Shown: positions 20,009 to 30,411 of the stretch, one piece after another
Layout: each line of letters begins with the position of its first letter
Position numbering within the stretch: position 1 is the first letter of the stretch
Origin: Verrucomicrobiaceae bacterium
GTDB taxonomy: Bacteria; Verrucomicrobiota; Verrucomicrobiia; Verrucomicrobiales; Akkermansiaceae
DNA: 64,000 nt
Direction of reading: 5' to 3'
NCBI GenBank assembly: GCA_051252135.1
Contig: JBPOGH010000001.1
Location: forward strand, 320,001-384,000
The notes under the pieces: model-generated
Database searches by the model: none
What the model was told of the DNA's origin: nothing
What the model saw: only the letters and a program-made list of their open reading frames with translations
Program-made: the position numbers and the translations under genes

Positions 20009-20968
20009 ATGGCAGCCGCAGGAAAACGAAGAAATGTGACCAGCATTACCGTTCAGGAATTTCTGGATCGGCACGGCGAGTCTCTGGCTCTGACAATTGA
20101 TCATCCCGTCGTCGGGTTGGACCGGAAAATTCAGGAACCGGCTGTCAACCGCCCGGGATTGGCTCTTTCCGGATTCTTTACCTACTTTGCGACCAAGCGC
20201 ATTCAGGTTTTCGGAAATTCGGAGAATTCTTACCTCAAAAAGCTCTCCGATGAGCTCAAAGTTGAGCGATTCACCCAGCTTTGTGAACAAGACATCCCCT
20301 GTCTCATCATTGCCCGAGGTCATAGATTGCCCTCTGAATTAATCAAAATCGCCAACAAAAAAGGTATTGCCGTCATTAGCTCGCCAAGACCCACAATGCA
20401 GTTTCTCAACGAAGCCACCATTCGGCTCGAGCGCGACTTTGCTCCCCGCACCAGCCTGCATGGATGCATGGTCGATTATCGCGGGGTGGGAATTCTTATT
20501 ATGGGAAAGAGCGGATCGGGGAAGAGCGAGACTTCGATCGGGCTCCTGGAAAAAGGGGCCGCACTGGTGGCGGATGACGTCGTCCATATATCGCAAAAAG
20601 GAGGTGAATTGTTGACCAGGGCAAAGGACTTGGCCCGTGGATACCTCGAAATGCGAGGCATCGGCATCATCAACGTAGCCAATCTTTACGGCCTCTCGGC
20701 CATTCGTCCCGAGAAACGTCTTGATCTGGTTGTAGAGCTTAAGCCGGAAAACGATCTCAACAACGTTGACCGCTTGGGCCTCACCCAAAAAAAATACAAG
20801 ATTCTCGATACCGAAGTCCCCTTCGTTGAGATCCCCGTGGCCCCGGGTCGCGACACTGCCAGACTTGTCGGGGTCGCCGCCCTTGATTTCCAGCTTCGGC
20901 GTCTCGGCTACAATATGGCCGACGAATTCAATAAAAGGCTCCAGGAAGAGATGATGGATGGAGCCTAG
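20009..20968 (+). CDS. hprK: HPr(Ser) kinase/phosphorylase
   Basis: NRPGLALSGFF, Walker A GKSGSGKSE, LVADD, EMRGIGIIN, IPVAPGR. Confidence 0.95.
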   Translation: MAAAGKRRNVTSITVQEFLDRHGESLALTIDHPVVGLDRKIQEPAVNRPGLALSGFFTYFATKRIQVFGNSENSYLKKLSDELKVERFTQLCEQDIPCLIIARGHRLPSELIKIANKKGIAVISSPRPTMQFLNEATIRLERDFAPRTSLHGCMVDYRGVGILIMGKSGSGKSETSIGLLEKGAALVADDVVHISQKGGELLTRAKDLARGYLEMRGIGIINVANLYGLSAIRPEKRLDLVVELKPENDLNNVDRLGLTQKKYKILDTEVPFVEIPVAPGRDTARLVGVAALDFQLRRLGYNMADEFNKRLQEEMMDGA

Positions 20969-21070
20969 TTCAACCGGGTCACACCCATTCCTCACCGGGA
21001 CACCAAAGAAATGTCTTTTACCCTGCAGCCGTAGCCTCCACAATCTCCCCGCATCCCAGCAATTGATTTC

Positions 21071-21346
21071 ATGCCTCAGAAGGATTTTACAGTCACCAAT
21101 CAACTCGGAATTCACGCTCGCCCCGCAGCCCAGTTCGTTAAAATCGCGAACTCTTTTCCCTGCGAGATAAGAGTCGAGAAAGACGACGACGAAGTGGATG
21201 GAAAAAGCATATTGGGCCTGATGATGCTCGCAGCAGGCCATGGGTCGGTCATCACCGTCTCGGCGGAGGGTGAACAGGCCGAGGAAGCGCTCGCCGCATT
21301 GGGTGACCTGATCTCGCGTGACTTTGAAGAGGCTGTAACCAAGTAG
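21071..21346 (+). CDS. ptsH: Phosphocarrier protein HPr
   Basis: GIHARPA (His15) and DGKSILGLMML (Ser46). Confidence 0.95.
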   Translation: MPQKDFTVTNQLGIHARPAAQFVKIANSFPCEIRVEKDDDEVDGKSILGLMMLAAGHGSVITVSAEGEQAEEALAALGDLISRDFEEAVTK

Positions 21347-21413
21347 TTGTTTGGTTGCCTCATTCCCGTGATTGACCGGGAATCAAAATCCCGTCAATCT
21401 TTCCGGGTCTTCT

Positions 21414-23192
21414 ATGTCCGCCTCCCTGCCCACCGAACAAATTTTTCAGGGCACACCGGTGTCCAGGGGCATTGCCATCGGTCCGATCTCGGTAATCGCC
21501 CGGGGCTTTTCAGCCCCTCCCGTTTACCCAATCTCCCCTGGGGCCATTGAAGCCGAGAAAGAGAGGTTTGCAGAAGCCCTCACGAAAACAATCAAGCAGC
21601 TCACCGCTCTACAGGAGCGGATTGAATCGGTTTCCGGACGGGAAGAAGCACTTGTGTTTGAAGCCCACCGCATGGTTCTCGATGATCCCAGCCTTGAGAC
21701 CCGCGTTCACTCGAAAATTGAAAGTCGGCTCCAAAATTCGGAATTCTGCTTCTACGTCGTCATGCAGACCTTTCTCGAGGCCATGCGCCGGGTCTCTGAC
21801 CCCTACCTCAGGGAAAGAACGTCCGATATCGAGGATGTCACTCAGCGCGTCTTACGTAATTTTTCCGCCGATCTAGGAGTCTCCGACCCGGAAGAACCTC
21901 GTATCTTGGTCGCCTATGATCTTAGTCCATCAGACACCGCCTCGATGGACCGCGAAAAGCTTCTCGGATTTGTTACCGAGGCCGGAAGCGTCAATTCTCA
22001 CACTGCTATTCTCGCAAGAGCTCTCGGCATCCCGGCAATTGTGGGTTTGGACGGAGCTGTTCTGGCGACCACAGCACTTGCCCCGGCGATCCTCGATGGC
22101 TCCTCCGGAAAATTTATCGTCTATCCAACCCCGGAAACCACAAAGCGATACCAGAATCTCGCCCAGGAACGGCATCGGGATCGCCTCGCACTCGAGTCCC
22201 TGCGCGAGGAAGACACCAACACCAAAGACGGTCTCCACATCACTCTTTCCGCCAATATCGAGTTTACTCATGAACTCGGGATGGTGCGTGAAAACAGAGC
22301 CGAGGGTGTCGGACTGTTTCGCACCGAATTTTTCCTCCTGGAATCCTCCGCCATCGAACCACCCGGGGAAGACAGGCAATACGAAGTCTATCGGGAATTG
22401 GCCGAGGGCGTGGCGCCCCACCAGGGCATCATTCGAACTCTTGATTCCGGCGGCGATAAACTGTTGGTCGAGCCGCTAACAGAACCCGAACCAAACCCAT
22501 TCCTAGGGTGGCGGGGCATCCGTGTCTCACTCGATCGGCAGGACTTCTTTAAGCAGCAACTCAGAGCAATCCTTAGAGCAAGTGCCTACGGCAAACTTGG
22601 GATGATGTTCCCCTTCATCTCAGGAATGACCGAGATCCGGCAGTGCCGCAAACTGGTCGCAGAATGCATGACGGAACTGAAGGAGCAAGGGATCAACTTC
22701 GATCAGGATCTCGAAATCGGAGCCATGATTGAGATCCCATCAGCGGTTCTTGTTGCGCGGGAAATGGCGAGGGAGGTCGACTTCTTCTCGATTGGAACAA
22801 ATGATTTAATCCAATACACCGTAGCGGTTGACCGAATTAACCATCGTGTGGCTCATCTCTATCGCTCCAGTCACCCTTCGGTCATTCGTATGATCAAAAT
22901 GACCACGGACGCCGCCTCCGAGGCTGGGATTTGGACCGGGGTGTGCGGGGAATTGGCTGCTGATCTAAGCCTCACTCCCCTCCTCATTGGTCTGGGTGTC
23001 GATGAACTCTCTGTTGGACCGCATGACCTGGCCCCCATCAGGAAGGCTCTCATTTCTCTCAATCACGAGAAGTGCAAAGCACTCGCTGCTGAAGTCCTTC
23101 AGATGAGCACAAGTAAGGAAATTTACGATGCTTCCCAGGCCGTCGCCCGGGAAGCCTACCCCGATCTTTTCGCCGAGTTCGACGCGGACTAG
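21414..23192 (+). CDS. ptsI: PEP-protein phosphotransferase (PTS enzyme I)
   Basis: GSVNSHTAILAR, GVGLFRTE, EPNPFLGWRGIR, FSIGTNDL, CGE; ATG 21414 preferred over TTG 21372. Confidence 0.95.
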   Translation: MSASLPTEQIFQGTPVSRGIAIGPISVIARGFSAPPVYPISPGAIEAEKERFAEALTKTIKQLTALQERIESVSGREEALVFEAHRMVLDDPSLETRVHSKIESRLQNSEFCFYVVMQTFLEAMRRVSDPYLRERTSDIEDVTQRVLRNFSADLGVSDPEEPRILVAYDLSPSDTASMDREKLLGFVTEAGSVNSHTAILARALGIPAIVGLDGAVLATTALAPAILDGSSGKFIVYPTPETTKRYQNLAQERHRDRLALESLREEDTNTKDGLHITLSANIEFTHELGMVRENRAEGVGLFRTEFFLLESSAIEPPGEDRQYEVYRELAEGVAPHQGIIRTLDSGGDKLLVEPLTEPEPNPFLGWRGIRVSLDRQDFFKQQLRAILRASAYGKLGMMFPFISGMTEIRQCRKLVAECMTELKEQGINFDQDLEIGAMIEIPSAVLVAREMAREVDFFSIGTNDLIQYTVAVDRINHRVAHLYRSSHPSVIRMIKMTTDAASEAGIWTGVCGELAADLSLTPLLIGLGVDELSVGPHDLAPIRKALISLNHEKCKALAAEVLQMSTSKEIYDASQAVAREAYPDLFAEFDAD

Positions 23193-24046
23193 CGTATCTC
23201 CATGCCAGTCTTGGCATAGACCCACTTGCTAACTTTTCCGCCTTTGATCAGTGCCTTGGCCTGCACCGTCTTCACTCCAAAAATAGTCTCCGCTTTGTAA
23301 GCAGCCAGACCGGTCTGGAAGGTTTCGCCTCCAAAATCCTCCTCATCCCCCGCTTGCCATGCCTCGACCTGCTTAAGGGTAAATTCCTTCACCGCACCGT
23401 CAGCGATACTCTTCTTCATCACCTCGACGATTTGCTCGGGGTTAAGAGAGGCATTGGATGGCTCCGGAGTTGGCTCGGGAATGGGATCAGGCTTGGGCTC
23501 GGGAGTCATCCCGGGATTGGGTGCAGGTTCATTTCCTCCATTGTCTGCCACCACAGGTGGTGTTGGTTGAGGAGTAGGAGCTGGCTGAGGTGAAGGAGTG
23601 GGTTGGGGCGTTGGACCGGGTGCTTGGCTACCACCCGCAGCCTTCGCGCGAAGATCCGCCATCATTGCCAGTCCGATCGTTTCGAAAATATTGGTCTGGT
23701 CAATGTCGACCTCTCCCCTGGCCAGACCATCTTTCGTTTCAATGATCAGTTTCTTGTCGTTGCGATTGAGCAGCTTCACTTCGCGTCCCTCGGCAATATC
23801 CTTGAAGCCTTCGCCACTTACGGTCGGCAACTTCAAGCGCACCTTGGTCTTTACCATTTTTGGCAACTCGCTGTCCCGTAACTCGGCCAGATTCACATGA
23901 AAAACAGCATCAGAAATCTTCACATCTTGCTTCAATGAAGTATCCTCCTTCGCTTCCTTGACGACCATCGATCCCAACATGGGACCAAGCATCAAACCAA
24001 CCATATAGAGAACAAGGGGGACGACGACGAGCTTGAGATATTTCAT
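23189..24046 (-). CDS. Hypothetical membrane-anchored protein with Pro-rich linker
   Basis: N-terminal TM helix; PTPQ/PEP repeats separating two globular domains. Confidence 0.75.
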   Translation of the reverse strand: MKYLKLVVVPLVLYMVGLMLGPMLGSMVVKEAKEDTSLKQDVKISDAVFHVNLAELRDSELPKMVKTKVRLKLPTVSGEGFKDIAEGREVKLLNRNDKKLIIETKDGLARGEVDIDQTNIFETIGLAMMADLRAKAAGGSQAPGPTPQPTPSPQPAPTPQPTPPVVADNGGNEPAPNPGMTPEPKPDPIPEPTPEPSNASLNPEQIVEVMKKSIADGAVKEFTLKQVEAWQAGDEEDFGGETFQTGLAAYKAETIFGVKTVQAKALIKGGKVSKWVYAKTGMEIR

Positions 24047-24153
24047 GAAGCGGGAAATCAGTGAGGTGTGGGGAGAATACTAAGCAAGCAATAACGATTT
24101 GTCATCCTCCAAAGACAGTTTGACCTTTTGAAAAGGACGATGAAGTCTCCGGC

Positions 24154-26913
24154 ATGTCGGATACCCAACCAGCGCGCCTTTTTCTCTTGGATGGCATGGC
24201 CCTCGTCTATCGCGCCCATTTTGCATTGATCCGTAATCCCATCACCAACTCCAAGGGCATCAACACTTCGGCGATCTTTGGTTTCACCAACACCCTTCTC
24301 ACCATCATCGAGAAGGAAAAACCCACTCACATCGCCGTCGCTTTCGACACTTCGGCTCCAACTTCCCGCCATGAGCTTTACCCCCCTTACAAGGCCCAGC
24401 GCGAAGCCATGCCCGAAGAGCTCGCCGCCGCGATCCCCGAGGTGAAAAAGGTTTGCAATGCCTTCAACATTCCGGTGCTCGAAATTAATGGCTACGAGGC
24501 TGACGACATCATCGGAACCTTGGCTCATCGTTCTGAAAAAATCGGGGGCATCGAGACCTACATGGTGACCCCGGATAAGGATTTCGCCCAACTGGTTGAC
24601 GAACACACCTTCATGTGGAAACCCGGCAGACAAGGCTCCGATCACGAAGTTCTTGATCTCGCTCAAATCTGTAAAAATTGGGAAATCAATCATCCGAAAC
24701 AGGTCATCGATATCCTCGGGCTCTGGGGCGATGCTTCCGACAACATCCCCGGGATCCCTGGAATTGGAGAAAAAACCGCTAAAAAACTGGTTGCCGCCTA
24801 CGGTTCCGTTGAAGGGCTGATTGAAAACACCGACAAGCTGAAGGGAAAGCAAAAGGAAAATGTCAGCAACTTCGCAGAGCAAGCACGCATCTCTAAGGAA
24901 TTGGCCACCATCATTCTCGATGTTCCCGTCAAGGAGACGATGGAGGACTTTGTTCTCGAAGCCCCCAATGAAGAACTCATTCGGGGACTTTTCGAGGAAT
25001 ATGAATTCCGAAGCCTGACAAAGCGACTCTTCGAAAAAGCCGAGACCTCCGATCCCGCAGAACCAGTCTTCCAAAGTCTCAAGACCATCTCTGACACCAC
25101 GCACCAATACACCTTTGCTCAATCGGCAGAAGAAATAGCGAAGCTCCTTGCCGAACTTCGGGATGCGGACTCGTTCTGCTTCGATGTGGAAACCACTTCG
25201 CTCGACCGTTTCCAGGCCAAGCTCCTGGGCATCGCTTTTTCCACCGCTCCACACACCGGGTGGTACATTCTTGCAGATCAACTGGAGTCCTTCCGGCCAC
25301 TCCTGGAATCGAATAAACCGAAGATCGGACACAACCTCAAATATGATCTCCACATACTGAGGAGCCATGGCGTAGTCGTCCAGGGTCCCTTCTTCGACAC
25401 CATGTTGGCCCATCAGATGCTGGCTCCGGAACAAAAGCACACCATGGACTACCTCTCCGAGTCCTTGCTGGGATACTCCCCCATCAAACTCACTGATCTT
25501 TTTGCGCAGTCCTCTGAAGAAGCCGACGACCTCTTTGCCAGCGCCGCGAAAAAGAAAGCTGCCAAGGGTGAACTCGATCCCTCACAAATCCCTCCCGATC
25601 AACTGGCGGAATATGCTGCAGAGGATGCCGATGTCACCTTCCAGCTCAGCAACCTGCTCTCACGCCAATTGCCTGAAGATGGGGTCGATGACATCTACCG
25701 CAAAATCGAAGCCCCCTTACTCCCGGTCCTTGTTGAAATGGAAGCTGAAGGAGTCACGGTTTCCCAGGAAGTTCTCGATGAGGTGGGATGCGAACTGAAA
25801 GAACGAATTGAGCACCTTGGCAAAGAAATTCACGAAGCCGCAGGTCGCCCTTTCAACCTCAATTCGCCAAAGCAATTGGGAGAAATTCTCTTCGGAGAAA
25901 TGGAACTCGTCGAAAAACCGAAAAAAACAAAAACCGGTCAGTTTAAAACAGACGAACAAACCCTCTCCAGCCTCGCCCCCCATCACCCGATCGTAGCCAA
26001 TATTCTTGGCTACCGGGAAGCTTCCAAACTGAAATCAACTTACGTTGATGCCCTTCCAAATCACCGCGCCACACACTCGGGCCGAGTTCACACCAATCTT
26101 CATCAACTCGTCACTGCCACCGGTCGTCTCGCCTCAACCGATCCCAATCTTCAAAATATTCCGGTTCGCTCCGAGCTGGGACGAGGCCTGCGGAGGGCTT
26201 TCGTTCCACGCGGTGAGGAGTTCACCTTGCTCGCCGCCGACTACTCCCAGGTTGAACTTCGGGTCATGGCCTCTCTTTCAGGAGACCCGGCGATGATTGA
26301 AGCCTTCCAAAACAATGCCGATATTCACCAGTCGACCGCAGCCAAGGTCTATGGCGTGAGCCTGGAGGACGTAGTGCCTGAAATGAGAAGAACTGCCAAA
26401 ATGGTCAATTTCGGCATCATCTACGGTATTTCCGCTTTCGGCCTTTCCCAACGCCTGGGCATTCCCCGGGGCGAGGCCTCCGATATCATCAAAGCATATT
26501 TTGAAAATTACCCGTCCATAAAAGAGTTCATGGACTCAACCATCGAAAAAGCCCGGGAACAGGGGTATATCGAAACTCTCACAGGCCGCCGTCGTTTCCT
26601 TAAGGATATCACCTCCGGTAATGCCACCATTCGCGCCAATGCGGAACGGGCCGCCATCAACAGCCCCATTCAGGGAACCGCAGCGGACATGATTAAGATT
26701 GCCATGATCGATGTCGCCCAAATACTTCATGATCGAAAAACCCGAATGATCCTTCAAGTTCACGACGAACTCCTTTTCGACCTCCACAAGTCGGAGGCTG
26801 AGGAACTCACCCCAAAAATCGTCGACGCAATGGAATCTGCCCTCGCTCTGCCTCTCAACGTCCCTGTTCGCATCGATACCGGCACCGGCGACAATTGGCT
26901 TCAAGCCCACTAA
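24154..26913 (+). CDS. polA: DNA polymerase I
   Basis: 5'-3' exonuclease (LLDG..YRAHF, EADD), 3'-5' exonuclease (DVET, HNLKYD, YAAEDA), polymerase ([24 protein letters not shown]). Confidence 0.97.
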   Translation: MSDTQPARLFLLDGMALVYRAHFALIRNPITNSKGINTSAIFGFTNTLLTIIEKEKPTHIAVAFDTSAPTSRHELYPPYKAQREAMPEELAAAIPEVKKVCNAFNIPVLEINGYEADDIIGTLAHRSEKIGGIETYMVTPDKDFAQLVDEHTFMWKPGRQGSDHEVLDLAQICKNWEINHPKQVIDILGLWGDASDNIPGIPGIGEKTAKKLVAAYGSVEGLIENTDKLKGKQKENVSNFAEQARISKELATIILDVPVKETMEDFVLEAPNEELIRGLFEEYEFRSLTKRLFEKAETSDPAEPVFQSLKTISDTTHQYTFAQSAEEIAKLLAELRDADSFCFDVETTSLDRFQAKLLGIAFSTAPHTGWYILADQLESFRPLLESNKPKIGHNLKYDLHILRSHGVVVQGPFFDTMLAHQMLAPEQKHTMDYLSESLLGYSPIKLTDLFAQSSEEADDLFASAAKKKAAKGELDPSQIPPDQLAEYAAEDADVTFQLSNLLSRQLPEDGVDDIYRKIEAPLLPVLVEMEAEGVTVSQEVLDEVGCELKERIEHLGKEIHEAAGRPFNLNSPKQLGEILFGEMELVEKPKKTKTGQFKTDEQTLSSLAPHHPIVANILGYREASKLKSTYVDALPNHRATHSGRVHTNLHQLVTATGRLASTDPNLQNIPVRSELGRGLRRAFVPRGEEFTLLAADYSQVELRVMASLSGDPAMIEAFQNNADIHQSTAAKVYGVSLEDVVPEMRRTAKMVNFGIIYGISAFGLSQRLGIPRGEASDIIKAYFENYPSIKEFMDSTIEKAREQGYIETLTGRRRFLKDITSGNATIRANAERAAINSPIQGTAADMIKIAMIDVAQILHDRKTRMILQVHDELLFDLHKSEAEELTPKIVDAMESALALPLNVPVRIDTGTGDNWLQAH

Positions 26914-26950
26914 TCTTGCCACCCGCCTTTCATTAACTATTCTTTCCCCG

Positions 26951-27604
26951 ATGAAATTCCACTATCTCCTCCCCATTCTAGCCCTCACCTGTTGCAAAGC
27001 GGAAAAGGCCGCCGAAAGCCCGCCCAAACCTAAAAATACCCCAGCCGAGAAAAATACGACTTCGGTCTCAGTGGTGATGGAGACAAGCATGGGGAACGTC
27101 ACCATTGCGCTCAATCAAGAGAAGGCTCCGATCACCGTGGAAAACTTCCTCACCTACGTGGATAAAAAATTCTATGATAACACCATCTTCCACCGGGTGA
27201 TGGATGGCTTCATGATCCAGGGCGGAGGGTTCGAACTTAAAGAGGACATTCCGACCGAGAAACCTAACGGCAAGCCAATCAAAAACGAAGGTCAGAACGG
27301 CCTCAAAAATGACACCGGAACCATCGCGATGGCTCGCACAAGTGACATCGATAGCGCAACATCCCAATTCTTCATCAATGTCGCCGACAACGCGGGTCTC
27401 AACTACCCGTCCAATGGAGGTTACGCCGTCTTTGGAAAAGTCACTGAAGGGATGGATGTGGTTAATAAAATCAAAGGTGTCGCCACTTCCACGAAATACA
27501 TGAACAGCATCACTCCGGGAGGCCGCATCCAGCCTGGAGCCCATCAAAATGTGCCGGTGGAACCCGTCATCATCAAATCCATCCGCCGCGCTAAAAAACA
27601 ATGA
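26951..27604 (+). CDS. Cyclophilin-type peptidyl-prolyl isomerase, probable lipoprotein
   Basis: [32 protein letters not shown]; signal peptide ending in Cys. Confidence 0.93.
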   Translation: MKFHYLLPILALTCCKAEKAAESPPKPKNTPAEKNTTSVSVVMETSMGNVTIALNQEKAPITVENFLTYVDKKFYDNTIFHRVMDGFMIQGGGFELKEDIPTEKPNGKPIKNEGQNGLKNDTGTIAMARTSDIDSATSQFFINVADNAGLNYPSNGGYAVFGKVTEGMDVVNKIKGVATSTKYMNSITPGGRIQPGAHQNVPVEPVIIKSIRRAKKQ

Positions 27605-28311
27605 TCTGGCTTCTCCCCTTTATCGGATTTCTCCTCGGCTCCATCCCCTTCGGTCTTTTGCTTGGCAAGCTCAAGGGGATCGACATCCGCCAGCACGGAT
27701 CGGGAAATATCGGAGCGACCAACGTCTTCCGCACCCTCGGAAAAGGCCAAGGCATACTCTGTCTTGTTCTCGATTTCCTCAAAGGATTCATCCCGGTGGT
27801 CGTCGCCCTCAACATCTCTCGGATTGGCGGTGAACCGGTTGCTTTACCTCTGGGATTTCTGGATCAGTGGAGCGCGGGATTCACTGATGACCAACGCCTC
27901 ATTTCACAGATCATTCCCGTCCTCACCGCCTTTGCCAGCATCATGGGCCACAACTACTCCCCCTGGATCGGCTTCAAGGGAGGGAAGGGAATTGCCACTA
28001 CCGGAGGAGCTCTTGCGGGCCTTATGCCCATGGGAGTCGTTGTTCTAATCATCGTTTGGGCAATTTTCGCCTTCAGTACCCGCTACGTGTCTGTTGGAAG
28101 CATCGCGGCTGCAATCGCCCTCCCACTCATCACTCTGTGGGGTTCCTTTCATCACGGAAAAATAGCCGATGGGACCTGGAATAAACCCTTGTTCACCCTA
28201 GCCCTCGTTGCTGGCATCCTCGCTGTTTTTAAGCACCGTGCGAACATCACGAGACTACGCGCCGGAACTGAAAATAAAATGGGAGCCAAAAAGAAGGGAG
28301 TCACCCAGTGA
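27601..28311 (+). CDS. plsY: Glycerol-3-phosphate acyltransferase
   Basis: [34 protein letters not shown]. Confidence 0.95.
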   Translation: MIWLLPFIGFLLGSIPFGLLLGKLKGIDIRQHGSGNIGATNVFRTLGKGQGILCLVLDFLKGFIPVVVALNISRIGGEPVALPLGFLDQWSAGFTDDQRLISQIIPVLTAFASIMGHNYSPWIGFKGGKGIATTGGALAGLMPMGVVVLIIVWAIFAFSTRYVSVGSIAAAIALPLITLWGSFHHGKIADGTWNKPLFTLALVAGILAVFKHRANITRLRAGTENKMGAKKKGVTQ

Positions 28312-29318
28312 GCTCCACCTCTCTAACAAACCCCGTCATCATCGGTTGTGGTTCCTGGGGAACCGGCCTCGCATGCCTCCTCTCAAGAAACGCTTCGACG
28401 GTGACTTTGCTAGGTCGAAGCGAAAGCGATATCGATGCCATCAATCACAGGCATCTAAATCCGCGCTACCTCCCCGGTATTTCCCTGCCCGAAAACATCT
28501 GTGCTACAGCTGATGAGCAAATTACAGAGACTGCAGATGTCCTGCTTTTCGTCGTCCCTACTTCAGCTACCCGGGACACCGCCGCCCGGCTTTCCAGCCT
28601 CAACATTCCTGAGTCCACCGTTCTTGTCTCTTGTGCCAAAGGAATCGAATTCGAAAGCGGAAAACGGATGACCGAGGTGATTGCTGACTCGTTTCCGAAC
28701 AATCCCGTAGCTGTCATTTCCGGACCGAATCACGCCGAGGAAATTGCACAGCAACTTCCAGCCGCAGCCACTCTCGGTTGCGCTCACACCGCAATTGGCG
28801 AACAGCTCCGCGACCTCTTCTCCACTCCTCGTTTCCGGGCATACACCAATGAAGACCTTGCCGGTGTCGAACTGGGTGGAGCCCTTAAAAACATCTTTGC
28901 CATCGCTGCCGGTGTCGCCGCCGGCATGAAGCTGGGTGACAACGCGATCTCCGCTTTGGTTACTCGCAGCCTCGCTGAAATGATCCGACTCGGGACCGCC
29001 ATGGGCGGGAACCCTGAGACCTTCACCGGTCTCTCGGGGCTGGGTGACCTCCTCACCACGTGCTTCTCGAAGCACTCTCGCAATCACCGTGTTGGCCTCT
29101 CATTGGCCGCAGGTAAAACGCTCGCAGAAGCAGTCGAAGAGCTGGGAATGGTAGCCGAGGGCGTGCCCAATACACGGTCTATTCATGAAGCAGCCCGGAG
29201 AAAGAGCGTCCGCACCCCCATCATCGATGTCGTCTACGCAATGCTCTATGAAGACATCCCCCCTCGTGTCGCTTTGGATCGACTCTATGATCAGGCTCCC
29301 CGTGACGAGCACAGGTAG
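28308..29318 (+). CDS. gpsA: NAD(P)H-dependent glycerol-3-phosphate dehydrogenase
   Basis: GCGSWGT, SGPNHAEE, GGALKNI, GLGDL..TC.S..SRN. Confidence 0.95.
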   Translation: MSSTSLTNPVIIGCGSWGTGLACLLSRNASTVTLLGRSESDIDAINHRHLNPRYLPGISLPENICATADEQITETADVLLFVVPTSATRDTAARLSSLNIPESTVLVSCAKGIEFESGKRMTEVIADSFPNNPVAVISGPNHAEEIAQQLPAAATLGCAHTAIGEQLRDLFSTPRFRAYTNEDLAGVELGGALKNIFAIAAGVAAGMKLGDNAISALVTRSLAEMIRLGTAMGGNPETFTGLSGLGDLLTTCFSKHSRNHRVGLSLAAGKTLAEAVEELGMVAEGVPNTRSIHEAARRKSVRTPIIDVVYAMLYEDIPPRVALDRLYDQAPRDEHR

Positions 29319-29323
29319 CCGTC

Positions 29324-30397
29324 CTACTCCGAGACATACCGATCCTTGAGTTTCTGAATCAACGCCGCATTACGCCGGTAATCAGCGCTGGCATCATTCA
29401 TGATGGGTGCGTCCCGAAAGACCCCTTTGATATCGTCGCTTGGGAGCACCAACGTACTAATTCGGCCTGCACGGGCGATCACCATTCCGATCACCCTGCC
29501 CTTCAAGTCAATGACAGGGAGTCCGGTATCACTCGCCTCCAGCTCCATATCCGATTGCAGGACATTGGGAAAATTTCCCCTCACCCTGTTTCTAGATCCA
29601 CTGAGTGAATCCATCGCCTGTAGCCGCCGGGATTCCGGAAGAGTGTCGACCGATCCTTGCAGCTTGGGCGTCATCAGCAACTCACTCTCCCCACGTTTCA
29701 CCAGAATTTCTGGGGTTTCTCCAGCCCTCAACCTTTTGAGCCTGGTCGACACTTCGTGAAATCCCTTCACCGGTTCATCATTCACCTTAAGAATGACATC
29801 CCCTGCCCGAATTCCAGCTTCATCCGCAGCAGAATCACGGACCACTCCAAAGATTTGCACTCCCTCTCCAAGATATCTGGCATCAAGTTGAACCCCTAAA
29901 AAACCTTGATCAGCCGCACGAAGACTCCTTGCCGCTACACTCTTCACTCCGATTCCTTGCGCCTCACCGTCAGGCCGGACAGCCGCTAGAAACGAACCTT
30001 CCAAAAGATCACTGCCATCACTCCAATCGGCTGCCGGTGCCCTCAAACCTTTGACAAGTGCCACTACCAGATCCTGTTCAGGGTAAGCCGCAATCATCTC
30101 CAAAGGGATGGCCACCTTATCGCGGGAAAGGACCACAAGCCGCGGCCGATTTCCCACTTCGCTCAACTTGGCTAAAATCATCTCGTCGCCAAGTGAGACC
30201 CCGTAGGCAATGCGCTGCTTTCCCGAGTATACCGGATAAACAACTTCGCTGGCCTTAGCGGTAATCGCCCGGACAACCTTGAAAATATCCAGAGCTTGCC
30301 TGTCTGTGATTGCGGAATCCTTTTTAGGAATCTCGGGCGGAAGAATCTGCCCCCACCCCGCATAAATGGAGAGAAAAAATACTACGATCGTTTTCAT
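29324..30397 (-). CDS. PDZ-containing degenerate trypsin-like (S1C) protein
   Basis: PDZ domain (GFLGV...SAADEAGIRAGDVI); the catalytic His and Ser positions read AKLSE and SDTGLP. Confidence 0.75.
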   Translation of the reverse strand: MKTIVVFFLSIYAGWGQILPPEIPKKDSAITDRQALDIFKVVRAITAKASEVVYPVYSGKQRIAYGVSLGDEMILAKLSEVGNRPRLVVLSRDKVAIPLEMIAAYPEQDLVVALVKGLRAPAADWSDGSDLLEGSFLAAVRPDGEAQGIGVKSVAARSLRAADQGFLGVQLDARYLGEGVQIFGVVRDSAADEAGIRAGDVILKVNDEPVKGFHEVSTRLKRLRAGETPEILVKRGESELLMTPKLQGSVDTLPESRRLQAMDSLSGSRNRVRGNFPNVLQSDMELEASDTGLPVIDLKGRVIGMVIARAGRISTLVLPSDDIKGVFRDAPIMNDASADYRRNAALIQKLKDRYVSE

Positions 30398-30411
30398 ATT
30401 CGGGATTATTC

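Noticed and set aside
24058..25440. Long antisense ORFs (also 20339..21241, 49573..50583, 59888..60997)
   Set aside because: Opposite well-conserved genes; explained by codon bias
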